64,000 nt of DNA, from contig NC_042998.1 of assembly GCF_006345805.1 (NCBI RefSeq), positions 141,918,001-141,982,000 on the forward strand, read 5' to 3'. The position numbers and the translations under genes are program-made. Shown here one piece after another: positions 23,440 through 38,346 of this stretch. The first letter of the stretch is position 1. Each line of letters starts with the position of its first letter. The notes beneath the pieces are model-generated. The model was not told the DNA's origin. It made no database searches and was given only the letters and a program-made list of their open reading frames with translations. This stretch comes from Octopus sinensis (lineage: Eukaryota).

Positions 23440-24530
23440 TATGGTAGAAGCAAGTGAGGGGTGGTTTTTTTACGGGTAGTATTCTTTCTTTCCATTTTCC
23501 TTCTTTCTGCTGCTCTTTCTTTCTTTCTTTCTTTCTTTTTTTCTTTCTTTCTTTCGTTGTTTATTTGTTTCTTTTTTTTCTGCCTTCTTTCTCTTTTTCT
23601 GCTTTTTATCGTCCACTGTCTCTTCCTCCCCTCCTTCATCCTCTTCGTACTCTTTCTTTTTCTTTTACTTCTCCCTCCTCTTCTTACTTTTCCTTCTTCA
23701 TTCTCGTCTTCTTCTTCTTTTTCTTCTTCTTCTTCTTCTTCTTCTTCTTCTTCTTCTTCCCCTCCTCCTCCTCCTCCTCCTCCTCCTTTTTTCTTCTTCG
23801 TTTTCTTATTTTTCCTCTTCTTCTTCTTCTTCTTCTTCTTCCTCCTCCTCCTCCTCCTCCTCCTCCTCCTCCTCCTCCCCCTCCTCCTCTTTCTTCTTCT
23901 TCTTCTTCTTCTTCTTCTTCTTCTTCCTCCTCCTCCTCCTCCTCCTCCTCCTCCCCCTCCTCCTCTTTCTTCTTCTTCTTCTTCTTTGTCGTCGTCGTCG
24001 TCTTCGTCATTCATCGTCTATATCCTTCCTCCACATCCCCTCTTCTGCAACTTATCCTCTCCTCTCATCCCCACCTCTTCTTCTTCTCTCCACCCTCTTC
24101 TCTCTATCTCCTTCGTTTCCCACTCCCTTCCTCCCACCTTTGTTTTCCTTCCTCTCTGCGCCTCATCTTCACATCTATCCTTCTCCTCCACTTCCACCTC
24201 TTCTTCGACTTTCCATCATTCACCTCCTTCCCCAACGACTCCCCTCATTTTTCCCATCCTCCTATCATTTCCTCTCTTCTCTCATCTCTTCGTTGTCCTT
24301 ATCACTTCCCTTTCTCTTCCTTCTTCTGCAGTTTCCTATAGCCCCTCCTCTCTATTTCTGATTTTCACACATACTTCTCCGCCCCTTTCCACTTTAATAT
24401 TCATTATTGCAGTGTAGTGATGATAATGATGATGATGACGACGTCGTTGACGATGACGACGATGATGATGGCGATGACGTTGATGATGAGGACGACGATG
24501 ATGATGATGGAGGTAGATAAGACAGCAGTG
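23440..24530. repeat. Large homopyrimidine (CTT/CCT)n block followed by (GAT/GAC)n
   Basis: Directly visible; explains the K/E/R/G-rich ORFs. Confidence 0.95.
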
Positions 24531-25706
24531 TGGTGATGGTGATTGGTGGAGAAGGGTGTGTGTGTGTGTGTGTGTGTGTGCAATTAATTTAAAGCCCTAA
24601 TTAATATAACAGTTCGATGGAGTTCAAAAGAAGGGGAGATTAACAAGAGTCTGTTAGCTATATCCGGATTAAACGGCTGGGCTTGTACATGTGTCATCAG
24701 GTTGTTAATGATAAACGGTGTTGGTGAAGGTGACGATGGTTGTAGTGGTAGTGGTGCTGGTGGTGCTGGTGGTGCTGGTGGTGATGGTTGTGGTGATGGT
24801 AGTGATGGTGATGATGATGGTGATGGTTGTGGTGATGGTGGCGATGATGGTGACGGTGGTAGTGATGCTGACAGATCATTCAGAGCTAACATTGAGGAGG
24901 ACTTGATACAATAAAGAAAATTAAAGAGAACATAAGATCGATTAAACATTGGACATTGATCAATCAATGTAAACATCTCTCGAAGCTATACACTAGCAAG
25001 CAGCTCCATGTAGGACTAAACAAGTCCTTTAATAAGTTCAGTGAGCGGAAATGATTTACCTTAATAACAACGAGCATGATGGTCAAATATATTTGGGCCA
25101 GACCCTCCTCGTGCTTTAAGTAGAAAATATAAAGCTCTCTATTTTAAAGAATAAAGCTCTATATTTTTAAGAAAATATAGAGCTTTATTGTATTTTGGAA
25201 GGTCATTATGCCAATAAAACACATGCACTGTTTCTGTTTTACTTCTTTATTATTTATTTGCCAATTGGTTAACTATTTAACCAATTGACTAATCGATTAT
25301 TTGATTAATCGATCGGTCAATGAATCAATCAATTAATTAATCTATCAATCGATTAATCAATCAACCAATGACGTGCTCTCAGTTGACTTGGAGTATAGAG
25401 GACATTTCATTAATAAGGTCGTAAATGATGACAAAAGGAGTCCGACAATGTTTATAAAATGAAAAAAAAGAAAAAAAACGCCGAGGTCTATGTAATGACT
25501 ATGCAAGAAATGACTAAAATGTATTGCATCAATAAAAGAGATGACATCCTGGAAAGGAAAGAAAAACTTATTCGGATGAGAAAAACATGGAAATTAAGAC
25601 GCGACGGAAAAAATCTCAGGACACTTGTTCTGAAAGAAAAAAAGTATTTGAATTAAATATCAAAAGCATTTTATAGGGGTTATTATAACAAACTATGTTT
25701 TAAAAC

Positions 25707-25945
25707 GTGGAGGCACGTGGCTTAGTGGTTAGGGTGTCAGCATCATGATCGTAAGATTGTGGTTTCGATTCCTGGACTGGACGACGCGTTATGTTCTTGA
25801 GCAAAACACTTCATTTCACGTTGCTCAGCTGGCAAAAACGAGTAACGCTGCGATGGACTGGCGTTTCCGTCCAGCTGGAGAACACATACGCCATAGAAAC
25901 CGGGAAACCGGGCTCATGAGCCTGACTAGGCTTTAAAAGGGCGCA
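25707..25945 (+). mobile_element. SINE family C
   Basis: Matches 5194-5432. Confidence 0.8.
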
Positions 25946-26099
25946 TTTATTAATTTTTTTTATATTTTAAAACACACACAACACACACACACAAACACAC
26001 ACACACGCACGCATGCACACACATACACACATGCACACACACAAAGTTAGAGGGAATAGTGACGTCTAGGGTAATTTAAACATACTGAGAAGGAATATG

Positions 26100-27530
26100 G
26101 AAGAAAGCACAATGGATCAGAGGGGAAGATGAAAAATAATATAGTACACATATTGTCTACAGGATCAGGTAAAGAACTCACCAACACGTTAATAACTGCA
26201 AACAACTGGAAACCCTTAGGCTTCACTCCAATATCTGGTTGAAAAACCTGAATACTACTCATAGATATGCGGAGGTAGAATTCAATAGACTAACATATGT
26301 GAACGGTTGCTGGAGGGAACAGCAACGATAATTCTCTAGAGCAGAAATAACAAAGACAAGCTTATAGCCATCTCTGTATCATACTTAATACAGATATAAC
26401 CATGAGAGCTACATTAAGTCTGATATTTTTGAGGGGATAATATCCCTTATGGACGCACTGTGTTTGAAAACACAAAACTATATGAGCAGCAGACGAAAGC
26501 CGCCCAGTATCGGCGTTGAGAATGCTTGGTGTACATTTTGCCTCGTTGAACTTTGTCAGTTGTATGTACTCACTGCCAGTCGCTTACTAGGGCAGAATCT
26601 GTCAACATTGATATATGGAAACAATGACTGGAAAATCACTGATGTGGTTAGCCACCCAGGCCTATAACTTGTTTGTCAACGATATACAAAGCCCTTACAT
26701 TGATTCATATTCTGCAACAGGCTGGTTACTCACCAGGAGAGGAATATCATCTTACTAGTACAGAAAATGTGTAACTGTAAAGAGCAACTACTAGTGGACC
26801 GATATATTACAGAAGACAGTAATTGAGGAAAGTAAATCTTAGCATGACCTGGATCGTTTACTGAAAAAGCATTTGATAGTATATCACTCTCTTGCATACC
26901 GGAGACATTGTACATAAATGAAGTGACTTCAATACTAACAAACATCATGCACAAAATTATGTCGAACTGGAAACCAACATCATGACTACAGAGCAAAAAG
27001 AAGAAAACCAAAAATACCCCTATGTTGATGTAAGTGGAATCTTCAAAAGAGACATATTAGTCCCTATTACTCATTTACTTAGCTCTGACTCCCTTAACCA
27101 AACTATTAAACGAAATCCTTAATACTTGTAGATGCTACAAACAAAATATAAACCATTTTCTCGGTATGGATGACATAGAATTGTTTACAAAGGATAATAT
27201 CATGTTGAGAAAAAAGTAGTAAAAATTAATTACAAATTCACTGAAGACATATAAAAACGAGTTTAAAGCTAAGAGGTGAATTAACTGAAACTGAGAATAT
27301 TACATTAGATAAAAACACTGAAATTTGAGAATTAGACCAGAACTAAACCTACAAATATTTAGAAGTTAATGAAATTGATAAAATATAATGCGCATAAATG
27401 GAGGAGAAAATTGGAAATGAGTTTTATAGAAAAGTTAGACAAATATTGATAAGTGAGCTTAATACTGGCAATAAGATAAGTAAAATAATAGGGATCAACC
27501 CATTCCTGTTTTAAGCAACTTCAGCATACG
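26100..27530 (+). pseudogene. Old R4/Dong-type RT remnant
   Basis: Degenerate KAFDSI (AAAGCATTTGATAGTATATCAC), GIF..DxLSPLL and NHFLGMDDIELFTK motifs in RT order. Confidence 0.65.
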
Positions 27531-27559
27531 CTGAAGGTTAATGAATTGAAAAGCCGAGG

Positions 27560-27660
27560 CAATTAATAATAATAACAATAACAACAACGACGACGACGAC
27601 GACGACGACGACAACAACAACAACGACGACAACAACAACAACAACAACAACAACACCAAC

Positions 27661-27701
<41 letters not shown>

Positions 27702-27872
27702 TGATAATAATAATAATAATCCTTACCAAAACCCTATCAATTTAAATGTTTGTGTCATATGGAGGTATTTCTCTACTGCCCTTGTCAAGCTTTCAGTTAT
27801 ATTTCAACATCTTTTAACCTTCACTTGCCCTAGGCCGCTGATTAAAAGTAAACGATTGTAATGATGATAAAA

Positions 27873-27916
<44 letters not shown>

Positions 27917-27966
27917 ATGATAATAATAATAATAATAACAACAACAACAACAACAACAACAACAGC

Positions 27967-28038
<72 letters not shown>
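27560..28038. repeat. Compound trinucleotide microsatellites (AAT/AAC/GAC/AGT)n
   Basis: Directly visible. Confidence 0.95.
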
Positions 28039-28041
<3 letters not shown>

Positions 28042-31000
28042 GAAGTTCTCGAGGCCTTCTACCATGCCATATATTTCCCCACAGATAAGTCTAGCACTGT
28101 ACAAGCATACTTAAACTGGAGACAGAAACAACCTGAAGTAAGACCCTACATAGACAGTAACAAGCTTGCCAATGTTAGAAGAAACATTATAAAAAAGAAA
28201 TTACTGACTGAAGTAGAGATTGATCAGGTTAGACAAGCAATATCGGATAAAATGAACGAAGCTGCAGCTAGAGAAGATAATACAGAGGAAATGATTATAG
28301 ACCAGCCCAGGGCGGATAAAAACGAAGAGAGGATTGAAAGAGTTAGTATAAGTGATAGGCAAAGTGAAATACGCCCTGAACCAATCATAAACACTAAGAC
28401 AGATGAGCATCAAATAGATAAAGAAAGTCACACATATGACCCAACAGAACTACATGAGCTAAAAAATCAAATCATGATTGAATGGCTGAAAATTAAGAAA
28501 CCAGCATGGATGAGCGTGATACACTTCCTAAAATCCGCACTCTAAACCAAACATGAAAATAATTGGTAAAATCCGGCTTGCACTTAAGGATATAATTTCA
28601 GTTAATGATGTTGATATCACAAACCTCAACCACCTATACTATGCATCCGCGAAAATCTCAACGATCCTATGTGGTGTAAAGATTAGAAAACGGCAACAGT
28701 CCCACAAAAAGCCTTCTTGGCAAGAGCGTCTGCAACAACAAATTAAAGTATTTAGATCTGACATTGAATATTTGAAAAACCTTAAGGCTCACAAGACTAC
28801 CAAACCTACAAAAACCCAAAAATTACTGAAAAAATACAATATGAAAACTATACTTGATATTGATGCCACCATAGAAACCATCAAACAAAAGGTATCTGCC
28901 AAAGCTACCCGCATAGCGAGGTATGAAAAGCGTGTTAGATTTTTCAAGGACAACAACATGTTCAAAAATAACACAAGAATTTTTACAGGAAGATAGGAAA
29001 ACAGCGTTTACTGCAGGGTCTGTACCATCAAAAGAAGAAGTGCAGAGATTTTGGAATAAAATCTGGGCAGAAGAAAAAACACACAACGAAAAGGCCCCCT
29101 GGATTGACAGAATATCTACAGAACTGGACCCCTTAGAAGAGCAAAAGTGGAGGGTGTCAAGGTAGAAGATATAATCTGCTCTCAGGAGGTCAAGCAAATG
29201 GAAGTCTCCAGGAAAGGATAAAATTCCTAACTTCTGGCTGAATGCCTTCCCAGAGAGCCATGAACTGCTAACAGAACTGTACAATGATGTTCTGCAACAC
29301 CCTAGTAGGATGCCTCCTTGGCTAGTTAATGGGTTAACATTCCTGCTTCCAAAAAGTGAAGAAACAAATGAACCAAAAAACTATAGACCCATAACCTGCT
29401 TAACAACTATGTACAAACTCTAACATCTGTCCTGACGGAATATACCTATAGTTTTTTAAACAGACAGCAGCATATTCCCTAATGAACAGAAAGGATGTAA
29501 ACGTGGATCCTACGGCTGTAAAGACCAACTACTCATCAATAAGATGATCTTAGAAGATTGTCACAAAAACGACACAAAAACTTATCAATAGCCTGGATAG
29601 ACTATAAAAAGGCTTTTGATAGCCTACCACATAGCTGGATTAGGAAATGCCTTGAATGTATAAGATAGCACCAACTCTGCGAAACTTCTTGACTGTAAGT
29701 ATGAGATCATGGAGAACCACACTAACTCTGAACAGTGACAGTGAATCCCTAAATGCTGGTGATGTAAAAATTTCGTGTGGCATTTTCCAGGGTGACTCAC
29801 TGTCACCACTCCTCTTTTGTTTATCCTTAATACCTCTCTCAAAGTGCTCAATGACGCGCAGTACGGGTATAAAATGTTTGATAAAAATATAAATCATCTC
29901 GTTTACATGGATGATTTAAAGCTTTTTGCAAAAAATGATCAACAACTCAAGGGCTTACTAGCGATAGTCAAACAATTCAGTGACGACATCAGAATGCAAT
30001 TCGGCCTCGATAAATGTGCAAAGGCTACCTTTATCAAAGGAAAAATGACAGAAACATCTAACGTTAACCTTGACCAACAGAATGTCATAAAAGAACTAGA
30101 CCCAGCGGAGAGCTACAAGTACCTAGGGGTAATTGAAGGGAACGGAATAAGGCATTCAGAGATGAAGGAAAGGATCAGGAGAGAATGCTATCGAAGAGTG
30201 AGAGCAATACTCAAGACAGAGCTGAATGCAAGAAACAGGATCGAAGCAATCAATGCATTAGCTATACCAGTCGTGACTTACAGTTTCAATATTGTTAACT
30301 GGTCAATTACTGAAATATGTCAGCTCGACAGAAAAATAAGGAAACTGTTGACAATGCATAGAATGCACCACCCTAAGGCAGATACAGAACGACTCTATCT
30401 GCCAAGAAAAGAGGGAGGCCGTGGTCTTTTGCAACTGGCAATAACAATGAAGATTGCTACAATTGGCCTAGACACCTACCTGAAAAAACTCTGAGGACTG
30501 GATGTTAAAACTTGTCTCAAAACATGAAAACAAGAAAGCATCATACTCAGTAACAAAACAGGCAAAGGAATATCTAAGTGAATTCCGAATACAACCAATT
30601 TCGGAATTAGAGATAGACATACAAGAAACAAGCACAGAAAAAGCTAGGCGCATGAAAACCCGTGCCAAAACTGCGGCCTTAGATATTCTGAATAATAAAT
30701 GGCAAGAAAACCTCTCTACGGCAAATACCCAAAGAGAGCGAATAATGCAGATATCGACAAAGCCCTGACCCATCAATGGCTAATGGCCTCTGGCTTAAAA
30801 TCTGAAACAGAGGGGTTTATCATAGCAGCTCAAGATCAATGCCTACCAACAAGAAACTACCAGGCCAACATATTAAAGATCAGAAGCAGTCCAACGTGTC
30901 GTGTATGCAAGCAACAAAATGAAACCATTGACCATGTGGTCTCCAAGTGCAGTCTTCTAGCGCCTACAGAGTATCTCAACAGGCACGATAGAGCTGCACA

Positions 31001-31680
31001 ATATATTCACTGGGTAATCTGTAAAAACCTGGAGTTGCCCCATGAGAAAAACTGGTGGGAACACAAACCACCCCCAGTGCTTGAAAATGACCACATCTCA
31101 CTCCTCTGGAACTTCACCACATTCAAACTGACAGGAAGATAGATGCAAATAGGCCAGACATCATATTGAAAGACTTCAAACAAAGAACATGCCTCCTCAT
31201 TGATATGACTGTCCCAATCGATATAAACGTATCTGTCAGGACCTACCAAAAACTGAGCAAATATAAAGATCTTGAAATAGAAATCAGCAAAATGTGGAAG
31301 CTGAAGACTAAAACAATACCTGTTGTCATAGGTGCCCTGGGAATGATAGCAAAAGGGGCTGATAGCTACCTAACTCAGATACCAGGAAACCCAAAAATGG
31401 CAGAAGTTCAAAGATAGTGCTCATGGGAACTGCTCATATCCTACGCAAAATACTCTCTATGTAACCTCAAGGTTTAAAACAACCATAATTTTCGGTTTAA
31501 AAAAAAAAAAAAAAAAAAACTTTTTTTTTTTACATTCATTAGTACAACATCCCCACCCCCCAATATATGGCACACTAGGCATAACAACAACATGAACTTC
31601 CAACCCTGTTGTCTCTTGAGGTCTCTGGGTGAGACTTGGAGCCAACTTGTACAAATATAAAGCAAAAGTCAAACATAGAA
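28039..31680 (+). mobile_element. Near-complete, 5'-truncated R4/Dong-type non-LTR retrotransposon (single ORF: RT, CCHC, REL), frameshifted
   Basis: [115 protein letters not shown]. (TAA)n on both flanks. Confidence 0.92.
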
Positions 31681-31724
31681 TATAATAATAATAATAATAT
31701 AATAATAATAATAATAATGATAGT

Positions 31725-32104
31725 GACCTGATGCAATACCAGTCAGTGACTCTCATGGTTTCTGATCTTAACTGATTGGAAATGTTCGCATACATATGCT
31801 TTTTCTTGGTATGAAAAATATGCAACAATAAATATTCTGCTCAATACCACAGATTTACTTGTCAGTTGATTGAGCTTAATCAGTTAAGAAGCTGAGGATA
31901 TGTGCATCTCTAATCATGCACAGGAGTAGCGTGGGAGCGTCATAACCTGTTTATCTTGTTATGGGATCACCATGTCGCGTGCATACGGTTTTGATGCATG
32001 TGCCTAGTGTACCCTTATCAGACGGGTAGTCATGAGGAGTATATTGAGCTTCGTATATTCGTACCCCATGTGTCACTTTGATGCCATGCGTTGCTCTCTC
32101 AGTC
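31725..32104 (+). mobile_element. Element X copy with internal deletion
   Basis: Homologous to the reverse complement of 16797-17338, lacking about 150 bp of the middle. Preceded by (TAA)n and followed by (AAC)n. Confidence 0.75.
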
Positions 32105-32607
32105 AACAACAACAACAACAACGACAATAACAACAACCATATGCAGCTGGCAGTGGCCCGGGAACGAAATTTGCTTAAGAGGTGCCAACCCAGGCCCAAA
32201 GCTTTTTGCGAACAAGGTGAATTTTTCCAATCTTGATATCAAAACAGACATATTGCCAAAAAGACAGGTTTGTTTCCCTCCAATTTTTTGTAAATTCTTA
32301 AATATATCTCCTTCTGTGTGTGTATATATATATATATATACTACCAAACAAACATGATTTATATAGAACTCCTAATACTTTTTTGTTGAATATTTTCTTA
32401 AATACTTTCTTGTAAACTGTGTTTAACATTTTCTCGTTATTATCAAAGAATGTATATATGTATTTTAATATTTTTGTGACAACCAGTACTTAACACAACA
32501 AAGCTTATACAAAGCTTTACATTTTACTTTTGACAATCTTTTTCTAAAAAAGTGAAACCGGTCAAGTGAATAAATATCTTTAAAATTGCATTTTCAAACC
32601 TTCTTTC

Positions 32608-32647
<40 letters not shown>

Positions 32648-33369
32648 AGGAAAAGACAGGGCAGTATCGGAAACATAAACATAAACATGTGTCATTTTAT
32701 ATATACGCAGGAGGCCTTTCGATAATACGACAGAATTAGGACAAGATAAAAAAAAATGAAAGTCGTCAATATATAAGGCCTTTTACCTATACCACGGCTT
32801 TAAGATATGATTAGTAGTAACGCTAAAAGAGAACTATATCTTAAAGAACTGGAGAGGATGAAAAGATGGGATAGAATGGAATAAAGACAGAAGGAAAGAA
32901 AAGATAGAATGAAAAATAAAAAGATAAATCGAGGGTCTGAAGTAAATGCTAGGCTGGAGCTGGAAAAAATAAACGTCTTACCTAGGCTGAATGATAGAAA
33001 TATTGGTGGCACCGAAAAGCGAAGGGAGAAAGAGCCCACAGGCTGGGGAGGGCATTTAGGAAGAAAGATGGAGTATAGAGAAAGAAAGAAATAAAGATAG
33101 ATAGGAGGTAGTTGACAGCGACAGACAGCGGAAGAAATGAAGGGTAGCAAAGAGAGAAAGGAAGCAGATAAGTAGAGAGAAAGACAGATAGAAATAGATA
33201 GGGAAGGTTTTGCAAACAAGAGGACAGAGAAGACGAGAGAGAAGGATAGAAAATAGAGACAATGTCGACCAAATGTTGACGGCTGCGTGGGGTAGCACTG
33301 AGTATGAAGAGGAGCGGGTGGCGGCTTTACATTGACTAATAAAAAAATTATGCATAGGACGTCCACATT

Positions 33370-33540
33370 ATATATATACAATGGGCTTTTTCAGTTTCTG
33401 TCAACCAAATCCACTCACACAGCTTTGATCGGCCCGAGGCTATAGCAGAAGAGACTTGGCCAAGGTGCACGCAGTGAGGCTGAAACCAGAACCATGTGGG
33501 TAAGAAGCAAACTTCTTATCACACAGTCACGCCTGTAAAT
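33370..33540 (-). mobile_element. SINE family A, 5' part
   Basis: Matches the family A head. Confidence 0.7.
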
Positions 33541-33600
33541 ATATACACATACAAATGTACATATACATTTGTATGTGTGTATGTGCGTGAACGTGCATGC

Positions 33601-33632
<32 letters not shown>

Positions 33633-34071
33633 TATATGTAGAAAAATACAAACTGGGACAAGAACGTAAAACATTTAGAAGACAATACAAAAAACACGGA
33701 CGGGACATTCGAAGCCTTCAATCTTCAGTCAAGAACCGGATCATCCTAGCAATTTCGGCTGATTAATCTTGAGATCGCTCCGATCCGGCCAGCCCCAAGG
33801 AAAAACTAACCTACGAGCATTAGATTTTTTGGAAGAAGGATCATCATCATTTAGTATCCGGTTTCCATGCTGGCATGGATTACACTGTTCGATTGGAACT
33901 GGTTAGCCGGAGAGCTGTACCCTGTTTCAGTCTGATTTATATATTCACACATATATAGTCACACGTATTTGGCATTGATATTAAAGATTGTTGTTAGTGG
34001 TACCATTGGGAAAAGTTAATGAAAACTGCCGTCTGGTACAATATTGAAACAAGACGAATCATGCTTTAACT

Positions 34072-34105
<34 letters not shown>

Positions 34106-34169
34106 CACACACATACGCACACGGACTCGTGTACTTTTATTCTTTTAATGATAGTACTGTGGCCATACT

Positions 34170-36420
34170 GGAGCATCGCCTTAATTCGTTTTCCATTAGT
34201 TTTGTTGTTGCTTTTTGACTGGGAGGTGGTCTATGATTGAGTTTTCTAGCTGCTGATCTCCACTGAGTGCATCCTTGAATGGTTCATTAGTATGGTATCG
34301 TCGTTAAGAGTTCATCTAATGATTTCTTGTGGGGGTAGGGTTAATGTTTCTGTAGAAGTCTCTTTTATATTTCTGATTAATTTAGATAGATAGTTAAACA
34401 GTTTGGTCCCTATGAATACGAGATCGGTACACTTATTTTTGCACATGATTTCGAAGGTAGTATATTTGGAAGCTGACAGTATATAAGAGTACAGGCATTA
34501 AAATTCTCGCCAATGTCGAAGTTTGGAACATGCCCCTCCACGATTTTCCATACGTATGTGAATGGTATATATTTCTTTTCGGCATTCAAGAGAGTTGAGA
34601 CACAGCGCTTTCAGACGTTCTCAGCAAACAGGGCTTTTAACCGAAGGTATTTTACTGGTGAACGTTTTTTGTAACCCTTCAATTTCTTCCATGAGATCGG
34701 ATGAGTTAGGACATTAAAACTTAGGCAGTAATCTAATCTGCTCAAAACTAGGGTTTTCCATAAAGTTAGCCTAACTACCGGTTCTCTTGTCATGAAAGTT
34801 CGTAGAAACTAACCTATGAGTTAGCTGCATTTAAAGTATAGTTTGATAATATGGCTGATGAAAAATGCATCATTTACCGTATGTCATTAGTGCTCTGAAT
34901 CCTTATGCTACCTTGTGTCAAATATAGCGATTTGGGGATATTCCCTCTGTAATGAAAAAGCTGAAATTTTGACTTACTAAATTTTACATTGTTTCTACCT
35001 GCCCATTGATGTATAAGGTTTAGCTTATACATCGATATTTTTGTGTCTTCGGTGTAATTCGCTCCTTGATGTATACGAGTAATTAAAGATAATTAAGCAG
35101 AAAGAAAACCATTTGCAGTAACAGTTTGACCCATACCGTATAGGGAGTTAAAGAGCCATTCTCCAACTTTTGCTATGATACCAAGGTTTCTTAACTTATG
35201 ACAGATGATTCCATGATCAATCTTCTCAGATGCCTTAACAAGATCACAATATTAATAGTCAGTGCTCTTTCCCCTCAAGAGATTATTGAGGGTAATGCCA
35301 TGATGTTGTAATAGTTGTGACAGGCAACTTCGTCCATTCCGAAACCCATGCCGTGTGTTATCTAAATGGTTTTCCTCCAAATATGTTACTATCACTTTTT
35401 TACCTATGGACAAGGCGTTTGATAATTTTAGATGTGTGAGATGTGAGGGAAACAGGTCTGTAATTTTTAGCTTCAACCCTGCTACTTCCTTTGTATACAG
35501 GTATTATTGCTGCGTCTTTCAGTAGCCCTGGGAATATGTCGGTATCTCGCGACTTTTGAAAAAGTACCTCCAATGATTTCATGAGGCGGTGTTTGCACGT
35601 TTTTAACAATATGGTTGGGAGATCATCTGGTACAGATGCTGAGTTTGAATATGAGTCATTAATAGCTGTAAGTGTATCATCTTCTATATCATTAATTTTT
35701 AGATGTGTCTCTGCAGTTGAGTTGTGGGGATCAAAATATTCGTTTGGATTATGAACTATTTTGTTAACTATAGGTTGGGAAACTGCTTTGTTATATTCTT
35801 GACTCAAGAATGTGGATATTTGTGATGGATCGTTAACATTTTGATCCACGAGAGAGCCAATCTGGTTATGTGTTTGGTTCTGTTATGTATTAGTTTCCCT
35901 CTATCTCGTGGAATCAAGTTCTTGTGGGAATAGGCATTTATTTGGGACATGAGTTCAACAGATCTTGATCAGCTCTTTGTACAAAAACTTCATTCCCTCC
36001 TTAATATTGAGGTTGCTAATACTCTGAGACCAATTTCTTTTGAGTATTTTGGCTTCGATATCTCTCCAGTCGGCTTTCCTGAAACTCAAGTTCATGATGA
36101 GTGAGTCATGTTTGAGGTTATTTGTGTGTGTTACCCACTTCGTACCATATACAGATAATTGTATAATGCTTTGGTCGGAAATAGCTGTGGGAATGAGCTG
36201 AAAATTGTGAATGAAATCGAAGAGAGCGTTCGTATCCTTCCTCTTCAGTTGCTTAGTTCCAGATTGGATACAACCCTCAGACCAGCTACAACTAGGAAAA
36301 TTAAAGACTTCTGTTAAAAGTACATTGGCCTGTGTGCTGGTCTCAGCTAGGGTTAGACTTATGAGCGACAAAGCATCTCTGAAGTTATCTCCTTCGTTAA
36401 CCTCGTCGCCGAATACATTT
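34170..36420 (-). pseudogene. Decayed CR1/L2-type LINE ORF2
   Basis: KNYRPVSLTSHTSKI, HGFRNGRSCLSQLL, TLVLSRLDYC and FRKADW. Same family type as 48094-51191 but much older. Confidence 0.8.
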
Positions 36421-36557
36421 CTTGTTGGAACTTCGCAAATTAGGTAATTTCGGAGTTGGTCTGCAATCATTTTTTTTAAAACTATTTTTCCAAAGTTCTT
36501 CTAGGACGCACATTTCAGTCGTTCGAAAATTTAAAAGGTTTTACAAAATATTTATCA

Positions 36558-36666
<109 letters not shown>

Positions 36667-37889
36667 CGTGTATGTGTGTATGTGTGATGAATTGAAAGCC
36701 AATTTGAATAACACAGAAAATAATTTTAATAAACCAACGAAGCAACGAAAAATCCAGGTCAAATTGGAGAAATTCCAACTTATATGGGGCAGATAATCGA
36801 AAAAAGTCCAGCAATGTAACAATGAGCATTAAATATCAATGATGAAAATAAATAATTTTGTTTCCGTTGGCAAAACGGAATGCAACTGAACGTTGTCAGG
36901 AGCTATTTTCATAAAAGTGCATGCTTCATACAGATGGTTGATGCATCAATACTGAAAACAAAGATGCACAGATATAATTTGAGCTGAACAGTGACAAGCA
37001 AATAAAAATACAAATATTCAGTTATGAAAACAAGAAAATACATATCAACAATGGACATTGGTTGACGAAGTAAGAATTCGAGCTTTAAAGTGAAGTGTTA
37101 AAATTTAATTATTGGTGCCGTAAATAGAGGAAACGACGGTTCTGATGTAAATAATAATTATTGCAGTTGTATAGAAATATGAAACATGATGTAAATAATA
37201 GTTATTGCAGTGTAGAAATATGAACGATACAAGTAATTATTACAGTATCAGCTGCCGTATTTCTTTAGTGACAATGAATCAGACCTTTGTTATTGACCCC
37301 ATTCACCCTCCAAAAGCCAACGATACGTATAAGCTTGCTAAACTGCTTATCTCGTGAATTGTAGACATACGTTTAAGAGACAACCTCTTAAATGCCGGCA
37401 TACATTAAGAAACGCTATCACCAGTGTACAAAGAGGAATAACAAATCACAAGATTCTGATACTCTGTTCTATCACCCAGTTAAGCAATTGCTTATATGCT
37501 TGCATAATCACAAAAATAGACTATACAACTTTAAATAATGTGTCGCTATGAAATACAGCAGTTACTGACGTAGATTAAACGAGTGGAAGCATAAATTACA
37601 GTGCAGAATTAATATTCGACGTAGCGAAGCAAGTAAAATAATCCAGATGACATTATATAACCCTTTAAAAAATCTGACAAAAATACGTAGCGTAGATGAT
37701 TAAATATGATATAAACGATGAACAAACACAACTCCAGCATTTTATGACGTTGAATATGAGCTGATGAAAAAGAAAGACGTGTTGTTGTTTGAAGACTGCA
37801 TTTAAGGATGAAGGAGAAGAAGAAAGATATTTCTTAAATCAATATTTATTCATGTTATTTTAGTAACAGAGGGTTGTTATATTGATAGG

Positions 37890-38037
37890 CACTGGCATGG
37901 GTGTGTGGTTATGATGCTTGTTTTGCAACCACATGATCTCGGGTTTAGATCCGCTGCGTGACACCTTGAGCAAAGTTCATGACTGACTAATGTCTTGTGA
38001 ATGCATTTGGTAGATGAAAACTGTGCAGAAGCCCGTC

Positions 38038-38111
<74 letters not shown>

Positions 38112-38311
38112 GGAATTGAACGAAGATGTTAATAAAATTCCTTTACTTTCGACATATGTTTCGAAGGCAAATTAATGCACATTAACCCGAGATTCTACCT
38201 TTGGATAGGTCGCTTCAACCGTGTTTCTGACGTGAATTTGCTACCCTGGTAACGGTTCATTGAATTTTCCATGTTAACGGTAAATATAGAATAATTAATT
38301 TACCCATCGAA

Positions 38312-38346
<35 letters not shown>

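Noticed and set aside
23439-24417. Long Arg/Lys/Glu/Gly-rich or Phe/Ser/Leu-rich ORFs (up to 318 aa) resembling protamines or membrane proteins
   Set aside because: They are translations of (CTT/CCT)n simple repeats, which lack stop codons in several frames on both strands.
24697-24914. His-rich and Gly/Asp-rich ORFs
   Set aside because: (GGT/GAT)n microsatellite; no splice or start context.
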